A stretch of DNA of 64,000 nucleotides from Chloroflexota bacterium (GCA_027623675.1 JAQBVF010000020.1:12440-76439), one strand, 5' to 3'; shown: positions 53,601 through 63,281, counted from the first letter of the stretch. Notes: generated from the letters alone by a model not told the origin. Numbers and translations are program-made.

Positions 53601-54163
53601 ACCACCACCCCCAGTAACCGGCCCAGTTGCGCGGGAGTTCGTAGGTGGGTTGCCATCACCGAGAACAAAACTCCGTAGGAGGCTACGGTATAAAGGGCAT
53701 ATCCATCCTGCCCAGGAATCTCGCCCCAGAGACTGTTGATGGGCGAGCCCGAGAGCGCCGTGCTCAGCAGCGTGGAACCGAAAAATAACCCAGCGGCGAA
53801 CACCAACCAATGTATCGGGTGGACGTTCAACCAATTCTTGAGGCCGGCAGCGACCCGGAACGGATGAAGTTTTCTGGCTAGATCGCCGGGCGATGAGGCG
53901 GTGAATGAGCCTTGGAACGCACCGCCTTTGATGGCCCATTCCAAGGCCCATAGCAGGGCGATCAACCCAGCCAGGGTCCGCAGCAGAGCGACCTTGGGCA
54001 CTTCTACATAGGCTATCTGGGCCTCGGAAACGGCGTAATCCTGGCCCAGGAACACCAGCGGCACAAGCAACACCGCCGAAAGCCATAGACTTTCCAGTCC
54101 CAAACTGATCCGCGGCAACAGCGAAGCGCCCGTCGAGGGAGATGTTGAAGTTGAAGTCGTCAA
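50687..54163 (-). CDS. O-antigen ligase-like membrane protein fused to TPR repeats
   Basis: Multiple TMs, GN, TFSRGPW, GYGPD.F, AHN..E.G motifs; C-terminal TPR array. Confidence 0.85.
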   Translation of the reverse strand: MTTSTSTSPSTGASLLPRISLGLESLWLSAVLLVPLVFLGQDYAVSEAQIAYVEVPKVALLRTLAGLIALLWALEWAIKGGAFQGSFTASSPGDLARKLHPFRVAAGLKNWLNVHPIHWLVFAAGLFFGSTLLSTALSGSPINSLWGEIPGQDGYALYTVASYGVLFSVMATHLRTPAQLGRLLGVVVLMGVVVGSYGVMQHYGNDFLGLTEETGGGSARVTIFMGNTIFAGAVLAMTIPVTIMVAVINLHHENWADLGPLRRLGQLEKDTVATALWALILSVQLLGLMFTFSRGPWGGAVLAIVVFLGLIAVSMGLRTLIRTSLIVGLAGILLAGFLHLQGNVSIVNAGPWLGAVIMLLGLAGAYVTLLVIRRFARATVLIVALGAAVVIAGAVVIGPSALANRGAAESSGGGGDSGSTAAQLTQRIGSIKTDVLGGFIGGRGTHWKVSWELIKHRPWFEFDELHFRWLRPLVGYGPDLFRYTYLLESPPDEFNFLPLEPDNAHNFFIHQTVEQGIFGGVAALALFATVFGVAGHHLLRRRRTANPVYQLVLFGLAAVIAGRFLEMMVGVAKVSDLTVLWVLFGVFAALVRFESVREDSVPDAPPPNTRREGRRNRRRTASASSAQSGAAGLMFRLAIVAWLAGGIGVVTWQKSINSVRASVAEGQALEYFRDGDLDSTVVQLDKAIALAPGVPNYYNNRAQVYLNYQLQPDLFTEPGCSRQVDLPYEVCLANQSLQSNLESIEMQPFNYRARIAAANSAFNLQLNDAARELYSIAVSMVPNAWPVRNDLAESQIDVGLYEEALTQLNFSLAITGDIDLAIPTYYLKGRALEGLGRYEEAIATLKRGLAINYPTGGTPPAVNLIREIHASLGVESDVDYFTEQIRQNPEDAIALFYRGLAYFATGEGALAFNDIEKSYSLGFSMDEVLATLGFVAFKNDITIRGGFIVGRNSRSDLASALRRSPQNALINAYYAEYQSSAGNLTEGLALAENASLLDPDLGLAYLIRAEILARLEAKESAREVLDMSEGLKLPSPQHYADRGEIYAYFGEYDKAFSEIGEAIRIKPDTPNFYYTRAKAYATFQEFESALTDFDTAIRLDPGNATYFTNRGVLYHVLGKQEQSLADFETAKSISGLRAPPLDYRNAGFFTLNAVTHFD

Positions 54164-54318
54164 ATTAACGTTTGGTTCTCGGTCTGCCGCAGAGATTCTC
54201 TATTCTGGCCGACGAGGCGAGAACGGAAATGGCCACTCACAGATTGAGCGGCCATTGGATGGCAGATTCACAAACGGGGATCGAGCTTTGATGCCAAACC
54301 GTGTTTGCGGTATACGCT

Positions 54319-55104
54319 CTATCGATCGTCATTTTCCGTGTCCGTAGGCGTGGGTTCGGAATTTTCGCCGGTCGCTTCCGGTGCCGCGGATTTTGACTTG
54401 TAGAGACCCGCCAGCTTGGTCTTGCCCGACCGATGGTCCCAGCGCGCAATCACCGTGTTCCACACCGACAACGAGATTAACCAGGCATCCAGGAATGGGC
54501 TTCTCCTCTGGATGTACTCCATATCGTAGCGGAATTTGGTGTACGGGTCGTCGCTCTTGTCATAGATCTGGGCTAGTCCAGTTAGCCCCGGCCTTACCTG
54601 AAGCCGCTTTTCAAACCCCGGGATGAGTTCTTCCAGAGAGCGCTGCTCGTCCACCCCCAATGCTCTGGGTCCGACGAAGCTCATCTTGCCTTGCCAGATG
54701 CTGATGATCTCGGGAAGTTCGTCCAGCGCTGTCCTCCGGAGGATCCGGCCGACACGGGTGATTCTTGGATCGTGGTCGGTTGTCCATGCGGGCCCTTGAT
54801 TTTCCGCGTCTACAATCATGGTCCGGAATTTTATGACCCTGAACGAGACACCGTTCAGGCCCATTCGCTGTTGCTTGTAAAACACTGGGCCGCGGTCACC
54901 CAGCCAAATAAGAAGGGGAATAACGGTCCATAACACCAGCCACAGGGGCAGCAGAAGGATGTGGGAGGAGATTAATACCGATAGATCGAACCAACGCTTG
55001 TAGGCGCTTTGCTTGGTCCGGTGGCGGGGGTTTTGGTCTTCGGGCCGCCCGATGCCGGGGTCGGTTACTTGGCCCCCCGTGCGGTGGTGTTCAGGTTCAC
55101 TCAA
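54319..55104 (-). CDS. Bacterial sugar transferase (initiating phosphoglycosyltransferase)
   Basis: KRWFD, KFRTM, DPRITRVG..LR..LDELP, MSFVGPR, RPGLTGLAQ. Confidence 0.92.
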   Translation of the reverse strand: MSEPEHHRTGGQVTDPGIGRPEDQNPRHRTKQSAYKRWFDLSVLISSHILLLPLWLVLWTVIPLLIWLGDRGPVFYKQQRMGLNGVSFRVIKFRTMIVDAENQGPAWTTDHDPRITRVGRILRRTALDELPEIISIWQGKMSFVGPRALGVDEQRSLEELIPGFEKRLQVRPGLTGLAQIYDKSDDPYTKFRYDMEYIQRRSPFLDAWLISLSVWNTVIARWDHRSGKTKLAGLYKSKSAAPEATGENSEPTPTDTENDDR

Positions 55105-55229
55105 TGGGTCTCTCCGGCGCCGCTAGCTCCGTCAGAGTGACCGGCCGTGGCCACCGAGATCGATCAAATGGGCCTTTTGGGCGCCCGGCCCTACCAGATG
55201 GCTTAATGGGAAGCGACGAACGGACCAGA

Positions 55230-56216
55230 TCAAAGCGAGGCAACCGCGGATATCCTGTGCTCTTTGACCAGTTCGTTCTCGATCCAGTGGTAGACCTCGG
55301 TCAGCCCATCTTCCAGGCTGACCAGCGGCTCCCAATCCAATGCGGTGTAGACCTTGGTGTTGTCACTGTTCCGGCCTCTCACACCCTGGGGTCCGGTAAG
55401 ATTGTGCCGCTTGACCAGTTTCTTGCCGGCGATCTCGCAGACCAGATCAACCAGGCCGTTTATGGTGATCAGTCGAGAAGTGCCCAAGTTCAACGGGCCG
55501 CGATCGTTTGACGCCACCAACCGCCATACGCCCTCGACACAGTCGTTGATGTGCATAAATGACCGTGTCTGCTCCCCGTCGCCCCAGACTTCGATCTCTC
55601 CTCCGTCCGGAGTCAACGCCACCTTTCGGCAGATTGCCGCCGGAGCTTTTTCCCGTCCGCCGTCGTAGGTGCCCAAGGGCCCGTAGACATTGTGAAACCG
55701 GGCAACCCGGGTCTCCAACCCGTGGTCTACCGCGTAATATTGGCAGAGCTTTTCCGTGAAGAGCTTTTCCCACCCGTAACCTTCGTCGGGATCATATGGG
55801 TGGGCGTCTTCCTCACGCAGCGGGGTTACGTCGGCGCCGCTTTGGAGCGCCTGAGGGTAGATACAGGCTGAACTGGAGAAGAAGAGCTTCTGTACCCCGT
55901 TGATGCGGCTGGCTTCCAGCAGGTGGGTGCTGATCAATACGTTATTGCCGGCGGAGTCGGCGTGATGGTAATTGATGTATCCGATCCCGCCCATGTCGGC
56001 GGCCAGGTGATAAACTTCGTCGATCTGCCGGGTGGCGATCAAGCAGTTGTCCCAGCGGCGAAGGTCCAACACCTCAAATTCATCGGCTTTGGAGGGTTCG
56101 TACTCCGGCATCTTCTGGTCCACGCCTCGGACCCAATACCCTTTGGCAACAAGGTAGTTCACCATATGGTGTCCGATGAAGCCGCCAGCTCCCGCGACCA
56201 AAGCACGCTTTGCCAT
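55230..56216 (-). CDS. NAD-dependent epimerase (GDP-mannose 3,5-epimerase-like)
   Basis: GAGGFIG, AADMGG, SSACIYP, YGWEK, RFHNVYGP..GGREKAPAA.CRK. Confidence 0.88.
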   Translation of the reverse strand: MAKRALVAGAGGFIGHHMVNYLVAKGYWVRGVDQKMPEYEPSKADEFEVLDLRRWDNCLIATRQIDEVYHLAADMGGIGYINYHHADSAGNNVLISTHLLEASRINGVQKLFFSSSACIYPQALQSGADVTPLREEDAHPYDPDEGYGWEKLFTEKLCQYYAVDHGLETRVARFHNVYGPLGTYDGGREKAPAAICRKVALTPDGGEIEVWGDGEQTRSFMHINDCVEGVWRLVASNDRGPLNLGTSRLITINGLVDLVCEIAGKKLVKRHNLTGPQGVRGRNSDNTKVYTALDWEPLVSLEDGLTEVYHWIENELVKEHRISAVASL

Positions 56217-56357
56217 TAAAGTCCTCCCCAGGGTCTGCTACTCATAATTGTTGGAAGATCCATGAGATTCCAGGATGATGGCAACCCAACCGCCTCCGGA
56301 CCCCGGCCAGGATCGGGACTCGGACCCGGACATCGGACCCGAGCCGGTGCTGGTTGC

Positions 56358-57158
56358 CTAATTGAATTTTCTTAGACCGGTGATCTCCAGTGCGACCAGT
56401 CCGATGAATTGGGGGGCATCGACGAAAACCCGTTTCCAGATTCTTTTGGGCTCACTGATCAGCCGCCACAACCATTCGAACCCCATATTCTGGACCCATT
56501 CCGGCCCGCGGCTGATCTCCCCGCTGACGAACTTGAAAGCGGCGCCGGCACCGATCGCGACCGGAACGTTCAACTGGGCGCGGTGGTCGAAGATCCACCG
56601 TTCTTGCTTCGGCATACCCAAGCCAACCCAGAGCACATCCGGGGCTGCCCGGTTGATTTCTTCCAGATCGGCAGCGTCTTCATCAGGAGTCAGCGCCCGG
56701 AAGGGCGGGGAGCGGTGTCCAACTATCTTCAGGTCCGGATAGGCTTCCTTGAGTTTGGTTTCCAATGATTGTAGGACCGTTTCTTCGTCGCCGTAGAAAT
56801 AACTGCTGTAGCCGTTTTCACTGGCCGAGCGGGCGAACTCCCAGATGACGTTCGGCCCGGTGTTCTTCTTGGCAATCTTGAACCCTCGCAGGCGGGCCAG
56901 CAGCACCATCAAGATACCGTCAGGGGCGAACAGGTCCACCGATTCAAATACGCGGCGGAGTCCGCTGTCTCGATGGGCCTCCATGACCCCGTGCATGCCG
57001 CTATTCACGATGTGGTGGCAGACTTCCCGGTCGTGTTCGATCCAGTACTCGATGCGGGAAACGACCTGCGGAATCTCCACCAGGTGGACCGTAGTGCCAA
57101 GCACCCGGAACGAGGGGGTTTCAGAAGATGTTTCAGACGAGGTTTCACTTGTAATCAT
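56358..57158 (-). CDS. WecB/TagA/CpsF glycosyltransferase
   Basis: PDG, GP, PPFR, WVGLGMPKQE, GAAF, EWLWRL..EPKR.W.R. Confidence 0.92.
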   Translation of the reverse strand: MITSETSSETSSETPSFRVLGTTVHLVEIPQVVSRIEYWIEHDREVCHHIVNSGMHGVMEAHRDSGLRRVFESVDLFAPDGILMVLLARLRGFKIAKKNTGPNVIWEFARSASENGYSSYFYGDEETVLQSLETKLKEAYPDLKIVGHRSPPFRALTPDEDAADLEEINRAAPDVLWVGLGMPKQERWIFDHRAQLNVPVAIGAGAAFKFVSGEISRGPEWVQNMGFEWLWRLISEPKRIWKRVFVDAPQFIGLVALEITGLRKFN

Positions 57159-57193
57159 GGGTCTGGTGCATGGCCGTTCGGCCGATGGTTGTT

Positions 57194-58111
57194 CTAATTC
57201 TCGTAAGATTCCCACATGCGTTTGAGTCCTTCATACAAAGACACTCTTGGCTCCCAGTCGATCGTTCGAGTAACCTTGCTGATGTCCGCCCGGATCGCGG
57301 TGGGCGAGTAGTTGATGTTCTGCTCCAAGTCAGTGTATTCGACGTCATTGCGGCCGGAGACGCTGATCGCTTGCTGTGCCATATCGGAGATGGAGACCAT
57401 CTCGCCGGACCCGATGTTGAAAACATCATTCGCGGCTTCGGGCGTCACGGCCAGTCGAAGCACTGCGTCGATGCAGTCATCCACGAAGAGCATGTCCCGG
57501 TAGACGGCGCCGTTCCTCACAACGACTTTATTCTCTTCGATGATCTGCCGGAGGATCTGAGGGATGATGTACATCGGGAGCTGACCGGGACCGAATACAT
57601 TGAAGAAACGAACGACGGTATGGTCCACCTGCTGACGATTGGAATGGAATTTAAGTACCGCCTCGCCGATGGTTTTCGACAGAGCATAGGTGGAGGACTG
57701 GTCCAGTTCGCCATCTTCACTTATCGGCTCCGTGGAAGCCCGATAGATCAGCGCCGTCGACGGGAAGAGTATCCGTTTCGAGATCTTAACGTGGTTCATC
57801 AGATTAACGGTGCCAAGCACGTTTGTCTCGTAGGTCTCGAGAGGGTATTTCTCCGCGTAGCCGGCGTTGGTGACGGCTGCCAGGTGAATCAGGAAATCCG
57901 CTTCGTATTCCTGGTTCAAGTGACGCAGGTCGGCCCATTCGAATTCAACGTTTGAGAAGTGCTTGGTGGGTTGGACGCGGTCGATGACCAGGGTTTGAGC
58001 CTTGAGTTCGCTGAGCCGTCTGACCATATTGTGTCCGATAAAGCCCGACGCTCCCGTAACGATGACACGGGCGCCGGCAAACTCGGAATCTAGAAACGCT
58101 GGCTTATTAAT
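57194..58111 (-). CDS. NAD-dependent epimerase/dehydratase with probable ATT start codon
   Basis: The Rossmann motif VTGASGFIG lies upstream of the first ATG; an in-frame ATT at 58111 is 6 nt behind GGAGG; HLAA, YALSK, RFFNVFGP. Confidence 0.85.
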   Translation of the reverse strand: MNKPAFLDSEFAGARVIVTGASGFIGHNMVRRLSELKAQTLVIDRVQPTKHFSNVEFEWADLRHLNQEYEADFLIHLAAVTNAGYAEKYPLETYETNVLGTVNLMNHVKISKRILFPSTALIYRASTEPISEDGELDQSSTYALSKTIGEAVLKFHSNRQQVDHTVVRFFNVFGPGQLPMYIIPQILRQIIEENKVVVRNGAVYRDMLFVDDCIDAVLRLAVTPEAANDVFNIGSGEMVSISDMAQQAISVSGRNDVEYTDLEQNINYSPTAIRADISKVTRTIDWEPRVSLYEGLKRMWESYEN

Positions 58112-59369
58112 CGATTACCTCCGGTTCTGGGACCGGGATGATGAATTTGCCTTTGTATCCCATCGCCCGGTAGTTTCGCATTATGTGGCTGGCCATGTTC
58201 CAAGACAGAATCATGGCGTAGTCGGGTGCGTCCTCAAAAACCCGGTCTTCGTGAATGACCGGGATGCGGACGCCAGGAACGACTGTCCCCACCTTTAGTT
58301 CGTTTACTTCAGAGATGTAATCCATCAAGTCCGGAGTGATTCCGTAAAAATTGAGCAGAGTTGACGCCTTCATGGGCGCACCCACGCCGATCACCCGCTT
58401 GCCGTCTGCCTTGAGATCGACCAGCAGGGACAGCAACCGTGATTTGTTGCGGACCAGGGTGTTCTTCATCTCGATCAACGACTGTGGAACGTCTACCTCA
58501 TCCTCTTGTGCTAGGACGTCGGCCAAGCGTTCCGAAGGGGGCTCTCGACTGATCTTGGCGTAATTCAGGATCGAACCACCATAGAAATCGGTGATTTCGG
58601 CATCGAATACGAATAGTCCGTGCTGCTCCAAGACCTGTGCCAGCGAGTGCATGGTGAAATAGCGCAAGTGCTCATGGTAGATCGTGTCGAACTCGAAATT
58701 CCGTATCAATTCGATCAGCCAATGACAGGAATTTATGAAGACCGAATCTTCATCCATCAGGCCCCGGAGTTCGTCCAGAAATTCACCGATGTTGTCCGTG
58801 TGAGCCAGGACGTTCATGGCGATGATTAGCTTAATCTTTGAGCCCGGTGGGAGCTGCTCTTTGATTAATCTTGCCGAGCCGGCGCCAAAGAACCGGTCGA
58901 TGGTTGGCACGCTCGCTTCTGCCGCCAGGGAAGCCGCCTGTGGCGAGCCCTCCACTCCAAGCACGGTGACCCCGTACGCCTGCAACGCCTTCAAGAAAGT
59001 GCCGTCGTTGGACCCCATTTCGACCACGACGTCGCCGGGGGACAGGTCGAACTGGGCGGCATACTGCTGGGCCAGCGCGGTGTAATAATCCACCAGAGTC
59101 TTGCTGGAGCCGGTAAGATAGGTGTACTGCTCGCCGAATGTGCTCTCCGTCGGCATTACATACCCAAGTTGGGCCAGCGAACATCGTTTACAGAAATAGA
59201 CGCACAGGGGATAAAACGTGCTGGGCAACGGCGCCTCGGCGCTGGGCAAGAAATCGTTACAAAGTGGTTGGTAGCCCAAGTCAAGTAGACGCTCGATTCC
59301 AGGTCTGTTGCACACCTGGCACCTTAGACCTGTGTCCACTGCGGTGGATACGTCTAATTCGAGGGTCAT
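58107..59369 (-). CDS. NDP-sugar C-methyltransferase (zinc-binding class I SAM MTase)
   Basis: CQVC..LDLGYQPL..CKRCSL.QL, EMGSNDG, NVLAH, FDTIYHEH.Y, GA..K, LSWN. Confidence 0.88.
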   Translation of the reverse strand: MTLELDVSTAVDTGLRCQVCNRPGIERLLDLGYQPLCNDFLPSAEAPLPSTFYPLCVYFCKRCSLAQLGYVMPTESTFGEQYTYLTGSSKTLVDYYTALAQQYAAQFDLSPGDVVVEMGSNDGTFLKALQAYGVTVLGVEGSPQAASLAAEASVPTIDRFFGAGSARLIKEQLPPGSKIKLIIAMNVLAHTDNIGEFLDELRGLMDEDSVFINSCHWLIELIRNFEFDTIYHEHLRYFTMHSLAQVLEQHGLFVFDAEITDFYGGSILNYAKISREPPSERLADVLAQEDEVDVPQSLIEMKNTLVRNKSRLLSLLVDLKADGKRVIGVGAPMKASTLLNFYGITPDLMDYISEVNELKVGTVVPGVRIPVIHEDRVFEDAPDYAMILSWNMASHIMRNYRAMGYKGKFIIPVPEPEVID

Positions 59370-59587
59370 TTGGAGGCCTCAATAATAATCAAAAGAAGTG
59401 GGAGGTAATCTCCTAGAAAATGGCGGAGGCGCCCGCGGCAGATCCGTTGGCCTGACCAGTCCGCCGGAGGGATCGGCAATTTCCTCCCTGGCGCAACCAG
59501 GCACCACGTGAAGCTATCATAAACTACAGAACATGGTTAATGCCACGGCAAGAATGGGATGGTTCGGTCATTATTTCCGAGTTTTCT

Positions 59588-61117
59588 TTATGCCGGTGAT
59601 TCAACGTTGGCATCCCCGGAATCGGTCACCATCGACAGGTACAGAACGATCGGCGCCAGTAGCAGCAGGTCAATTCCAAAGAAGGCGCCGGTTGACTCGG
59701 GAATAGACCTGATTGAAAAGAAAGCCAACATCCCCCCCGCAAGCACGATCCGAGTGCGGTGCCCCTTTGAATAACCGCCCAGCCCCCGAAGCGCTTTCAA
59801 CAGAAGCAGCCAGGCCAGGATGACTCCGGTCAGCAGTGCCAGTGTGCCCAATGCCCCAGTTTGAATCAGTGCGTGGATGAAGGAATTGTGGGTGTGAGCG
59901 TTCAACAATATTCGGTCTGCGTTGAATCCATACCCGATCAAAGGAGACTTCTTAACCAGAGATAGAGCGTCGACCCAAACTTCGGTCCGGCCGCTGAAGC
60001 TAACCAAGGGTACGGATACTTCGTCGGCCGATTCAGCCGGACTTATCGGTTCGGACGAATCTCCTGGTTCCGCCGTCGCGGTTGGGTCTGGGGCGCTCAC
60101 GGCAACGGTTGGGCCTGGAGAAACCTTCGGAGGGAGCGAGGCCGGCGCTTCTGTTTGGATGGGGGCCTGCGTTGGTATCTGAGTGGGTGTTTGGACGACG
60201 GTTATTGGGGTGTCGGTATCATTCGGCTTGGGTGTGCCGCTTGAGGAATTGATGCCAAAGCAATCTCTCAATAGTGCGCCGCTGTCGCCGTTGGCGGCCC
60301 AAAAAAGGGAAATGGCGAGTACCAACACGCCCAGTCCGATCAAGATCGGTTTTCGGCCTCCGTACAGGGCGGCCATCATTACCGACGCGACTGCAAAAGA
60401 TACAAATGCGGTGCGGGCCCCGCTGCTGACTAACAGCATCAGAGTCGCCAACAAGATGAGGCACCACACTAGACGCCAGCGGCCATGGGCGATTCCAGCT
60501 ATCGCAACCAGAGAGGCGACCGCCGCGTATCTCCCCACTCCGGTCGATCTAAGGACACCGGAGGTTTCGGTGAACCAGGCGTTGCCAAATGAGCATTGCG
60601 CTAAGATTTCTGGATGCAGGACCGCATCCAGAAGGTCTAGCTTGATGAAGGCGAATGCAACGAGCGCCACCGCGGCCAAAACCATCACCAACGAGGTGAT
60701 GTCCAGGGTGCGGCGAGCCCTTTCTAGGGCGCCAGAACCGGAGCCGATCGTCCATAGGACCAGGGGGACGGCGATATAAGACCCGGCCCAATACAGAGAT
60801 TGTGAACGGTCAACGGAATTGAGCGTGGCGATGAGCCCGACAGCCGCGAAGAGGAAGACAAAGCCCAGGGGACCGGTGAACAACCGGCGGTTGGTGTTTC
60901 GCTTCCAGGCAAAGATCGCCAGGGCCAGGACGCTGATCCCTGCCGCGATGAATGGCAGCAGCCCCCGAAAACCGTGAACGAAATCGATGATCCGGTCGGG
61001 GTGAAGGACGCCTTGGATGCTTCCGGGGGAGATGCTGAGCCAGAGTGCGAGCCAGAGAGCCAGGGGGAGCCATCCCCTTGCCGTGGCGGCCAGATCAAGT
61101 TGTCTGATCGGGATCAA
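59588..61117 (-). CDS. O-antigen ligase / Wzy-like polymerase
   Basis: Many TMs, SGART, SGR..W, PLIGYG, HTHNS; GTGA/ATGA-type overlap with the upstream gene. Confidence 0.82.
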   Translation of the reverse strand: MIPIRQLDLAATARGWLPLALWLALWLSISPGSIQGVLHPDRIIDFVHGFRGLLPFIAAGISVLALAIFAWKRNTNRRLFTGPLGFVFLFAAVGLIATLNSVDRSQSLYWAGSYIAVPLVLWTIGSGSGALERARRTLDITSLVMVLAAVALVAFAFIKLDLLDAVLHPEILAQCSFGNAWFTETSGVLRSTGVGRYAAVASLVAIAGIAHGRWRLVWCLILLATLMLLVSSGARTAFVSFAVASVMMAALYGGRKPILIGLGVLVLAISLFWAANGDSGALLRDCFGINSSSGTPKPNDTDTPITVVQTPTQIPTQAPIQTEAPASLPPKVSPGPTVAVSAPDPTATAEPGDSSEPISPAESADEVSVPLVSFSGRTEVWVDALSLVKKSPLIGYGFNADRILLNAHTHNSFIHALIQTGALGTLALLTGVILAWLLLLKALRGLGGYSKGHRTRIVLAGGMLAFFSIRSIPESTGAFFGIDLLLLAPIVLYLSMVTDSGDANVESPA

Positions 61118-62385
61118 TCGGCCCTAGCCGCTTCGCCTGGGAGCAATACACGGTCGTAGAGTTTCTTCAGCCGTTCGCCTAATCGGTCCCACAGATAGAA
61201 CTCTTCAGCCCGTTTCCGGGCTGCCTCGCCCAATTCCGATCTTCGCTCAGCGTTCGAGTATAGGTCTTCCAGAGCGCTGGCGATCTCGTTGACCGCCTGA
61301 TCGGGCGATATGGGAGTGATCTTGACGCCGCACTCCTGGTTGATATGCATACCGGGTCCCCCGGAATCCAAGCAGATCACCGGCTTGCCCATCCCCATCG
61401 CCTCCACCACCACGGTCCCTCCGCCGTCTCTAAGGCTGGGGAACAAAAAAATGTCACAGGCCCCCATCTTGGATAGCAATCGCGCGTGTGGAAGCTCGCC
61501 GAGGAAATGAATCTGATCGGATACCCCGGACGATTCGGCCATGCTCTCCAATCGCTTCTGCTCCGGACCACTGCCGATGATGGAAAGCTCTGCGTCGGGG
61601 TGGTGGAGAGCGAACGTTTGAAACCCGCGGATAGCGATCGCGAAACCTTTGACGCGAATCAGCGATCCAGCCGTAAGCACCTGGAATGTCTCATTGGCTG
61701 AGCCCGGTTGGCGCGAGGACAACTCTTGGGGCGAGATTCCGCTCACGGGGAAAAGCTCGGTTTTCGACGGCCACCGTTTCGATGCTTCGAGTTCCGCTTC
61801 GTTGTTGCAGACCAGAATCGCTTGCGCTCTAGACTGGCCTTTCACGAAAACCGGTTCATGACGGAATACCCACTGGCTTACTGACCGGACCTTTTCCCAT
61901 ACCCGGCCTCCCACTGGGTATTCGGCCTCAAAGCCCTTTGGTGTGCGGTGGCTGCCACCGCCGGGGCCTCTGACGTAGGGCACGGGAAGGAACGCCCCGA
62001 TGAAGCTGCCCATCCAATCGTTGGCGTAGGTAACGTGGTGAAACAGGTCGAAGTGGACCTGCCGGTGCAATCGGCGGGCGGCGAACCAGGCGAGGACCTG
62101 CCATATCAGATAATAGAACTGATGGGTCCCCTGAAACCGGAGGAAGAATCTCATCCACGAGGGCATCCCAACGTAATGGATGTGAAGGTTCTCAAGGCCA
62201 GACTCCCGGACTCCCTCTTCAACGCTGGCCCGGTCTTCTGAATTGGTGAGTGCCCAGACCTCGTTGTAACGGGCGATCTGTGCCAGCATGTTCCAGCCCA
62301 AAAGGTCTTCACCGCCGGTGAATCCAGGTTTCCCAGGCGGACAGCAGGTGAACGCGCAAGCCAATATCTTGGGACGGGGCATCAT
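61114..62385 (-). CDS. Glycosyltransferase family 4
   Basis: GSLIRVKG, FLFPSLRDGGGTVVVEAM..GKPVI. Confidence 0.92.
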   Translation of the reverse strand: MMPRPKILACAFTCCPPGKPGFTGGEDLLGWNMLAQIARYNEVWALTNSEDRASVEEGVRESGLENLHIHYVGMPSWMRFFLRFQGTHQFYYLIWQVLAWFAARRLHRQVHFDLFHHVTYANDWMGSFIGAFLPVPYVRGPGGGSHRTPKGFEAEYPVGGRVWEKVRSVSQWVFRHEPVFVKGQSRAQAILVCNNEAELEASKRWPSKTELFPVSGISPQELSSRQPGSANETFQVLTAGSLIRVKGFAIAIRGFQTFALHHPDAELSIIGSGPEQKRLESMAESSGVSDQIHFLGELPHARLLSKMGACDIFLFPSLRDGGGTVVVEAMGMGKPVICLDSGGPGMHINQECGVKITPISPDQAVNEIASALEDLYSNAERRSELGEAARKRAEEFYLWDRLGERLKKLYDRVLLPGEAARAD

Positions 62386-63275
62386 CGACAGCAGTAAAGA
62401 TTAACGGAATCTTGCGACGCATATAGCCGATCGATGAGAGGCGTGATTTCGTGGTCTAGCAAATTCGCCATTTCCGTCCCGGGTTGGACCGGGCAGAGAG
62501 AGAAGCCTTTTGATCGAATCAAGTTGAGCAATTCAGCAGGCTCGACCTGAGCGCTTTTCAGCAATGCCGGATTGAGTTCGACGATAAGCTTTATGTCGCG
62601 GCACCCATCTAACAGCGCCTCCATGCCTTTAAAAACGTCTAATTCGGCTCCTTCCACGTCCATTTTGACCAGATCGACGGTTGGTGACCCTTGCGAAATC
62701 CAATATTCGTCGACCGTTGTTGTAGCGATCGGCACGCTCCCCTTCTGCGGCAGGTCCTGACGGTAGATGCTGTGCCTTCCGTTATCCAGACCGCTGATGA
62801 ATAGGTCCCTGACGCCGGAGTCAGCGGCGGCCCCTTGGTTGATGGCCGTGATCGTTGTGTAGGCATTTTCTTCGACGTTCTTAGTCAGCAGAGAATAATT
62901 GTCTGGGTCCGGTTCGAAGGAATGCACCCTGCCTGTGGGGCCGGCCAATTTGGCGGCCAGTAAAGAATAATATCCGACGTGGGCGCCGATATCGAAGATG
63001 GTCATCCCGGGTCTGACCAGCCTTTCGAATAGCTGAGTGGTTTCTTCTTCATACTGGCCCATGGCCATGCGGATAGGAGGATATTTGCCCTCCGTGGCCA
63101 GAAACATGCGGTGGCCTTGGACCATAACCGCTGCGTCCGGTCTAGTGGAGATCCGAAAGAGGAACCTCCCCGCGGTTGGTCCCAGAAGGGCGCGGATAGG
63201 ACGGGCTACCCCGGTCGCCGAGGCGGCCCGGCGGGACAGATTGAATAGATGAAACGCGAATGTCTGTATTGACAT
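62382..63275 (-). CDS. FkbM-family methyltransferase
   Basis: DIGAHVGYYS, FEPD, KMDVEGAE. Confidence 0.92.
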   Translation of the reverse strand: MSIQTFAFHLFNLSRRAASATGVARPIRALLGPTAGRFLFRISTRPDAAVMVQGHRMFLATEGKYPPIRMAMGQYEEETTQLFERLVRPGMTIFDIGAHVGYYSLLAAKLAGPTGRVHSFEPDPDNYSLLTKNVEENAYTTITAINQGAAADSGVRDLFISGLDNGRHSIYRQDLPQKGSVPIATTTVDEYWISQGSPTVDLVKMDVEGAELDVFKGMEALLDGCRDIKLIVELNPALLKSAQVEPAELLNLIRSKGFSLCPVQPGTEMANLLDHEITPLIDRLYASQDSVNLYCCR

Positions 63276-63281
63276 AAAGGA

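Noticed and set aside
57110..57150. TSETSSETSSET repeat at the WecB N-terminus
   Set aside because: Short low-complexity slippage in a disordered tail.
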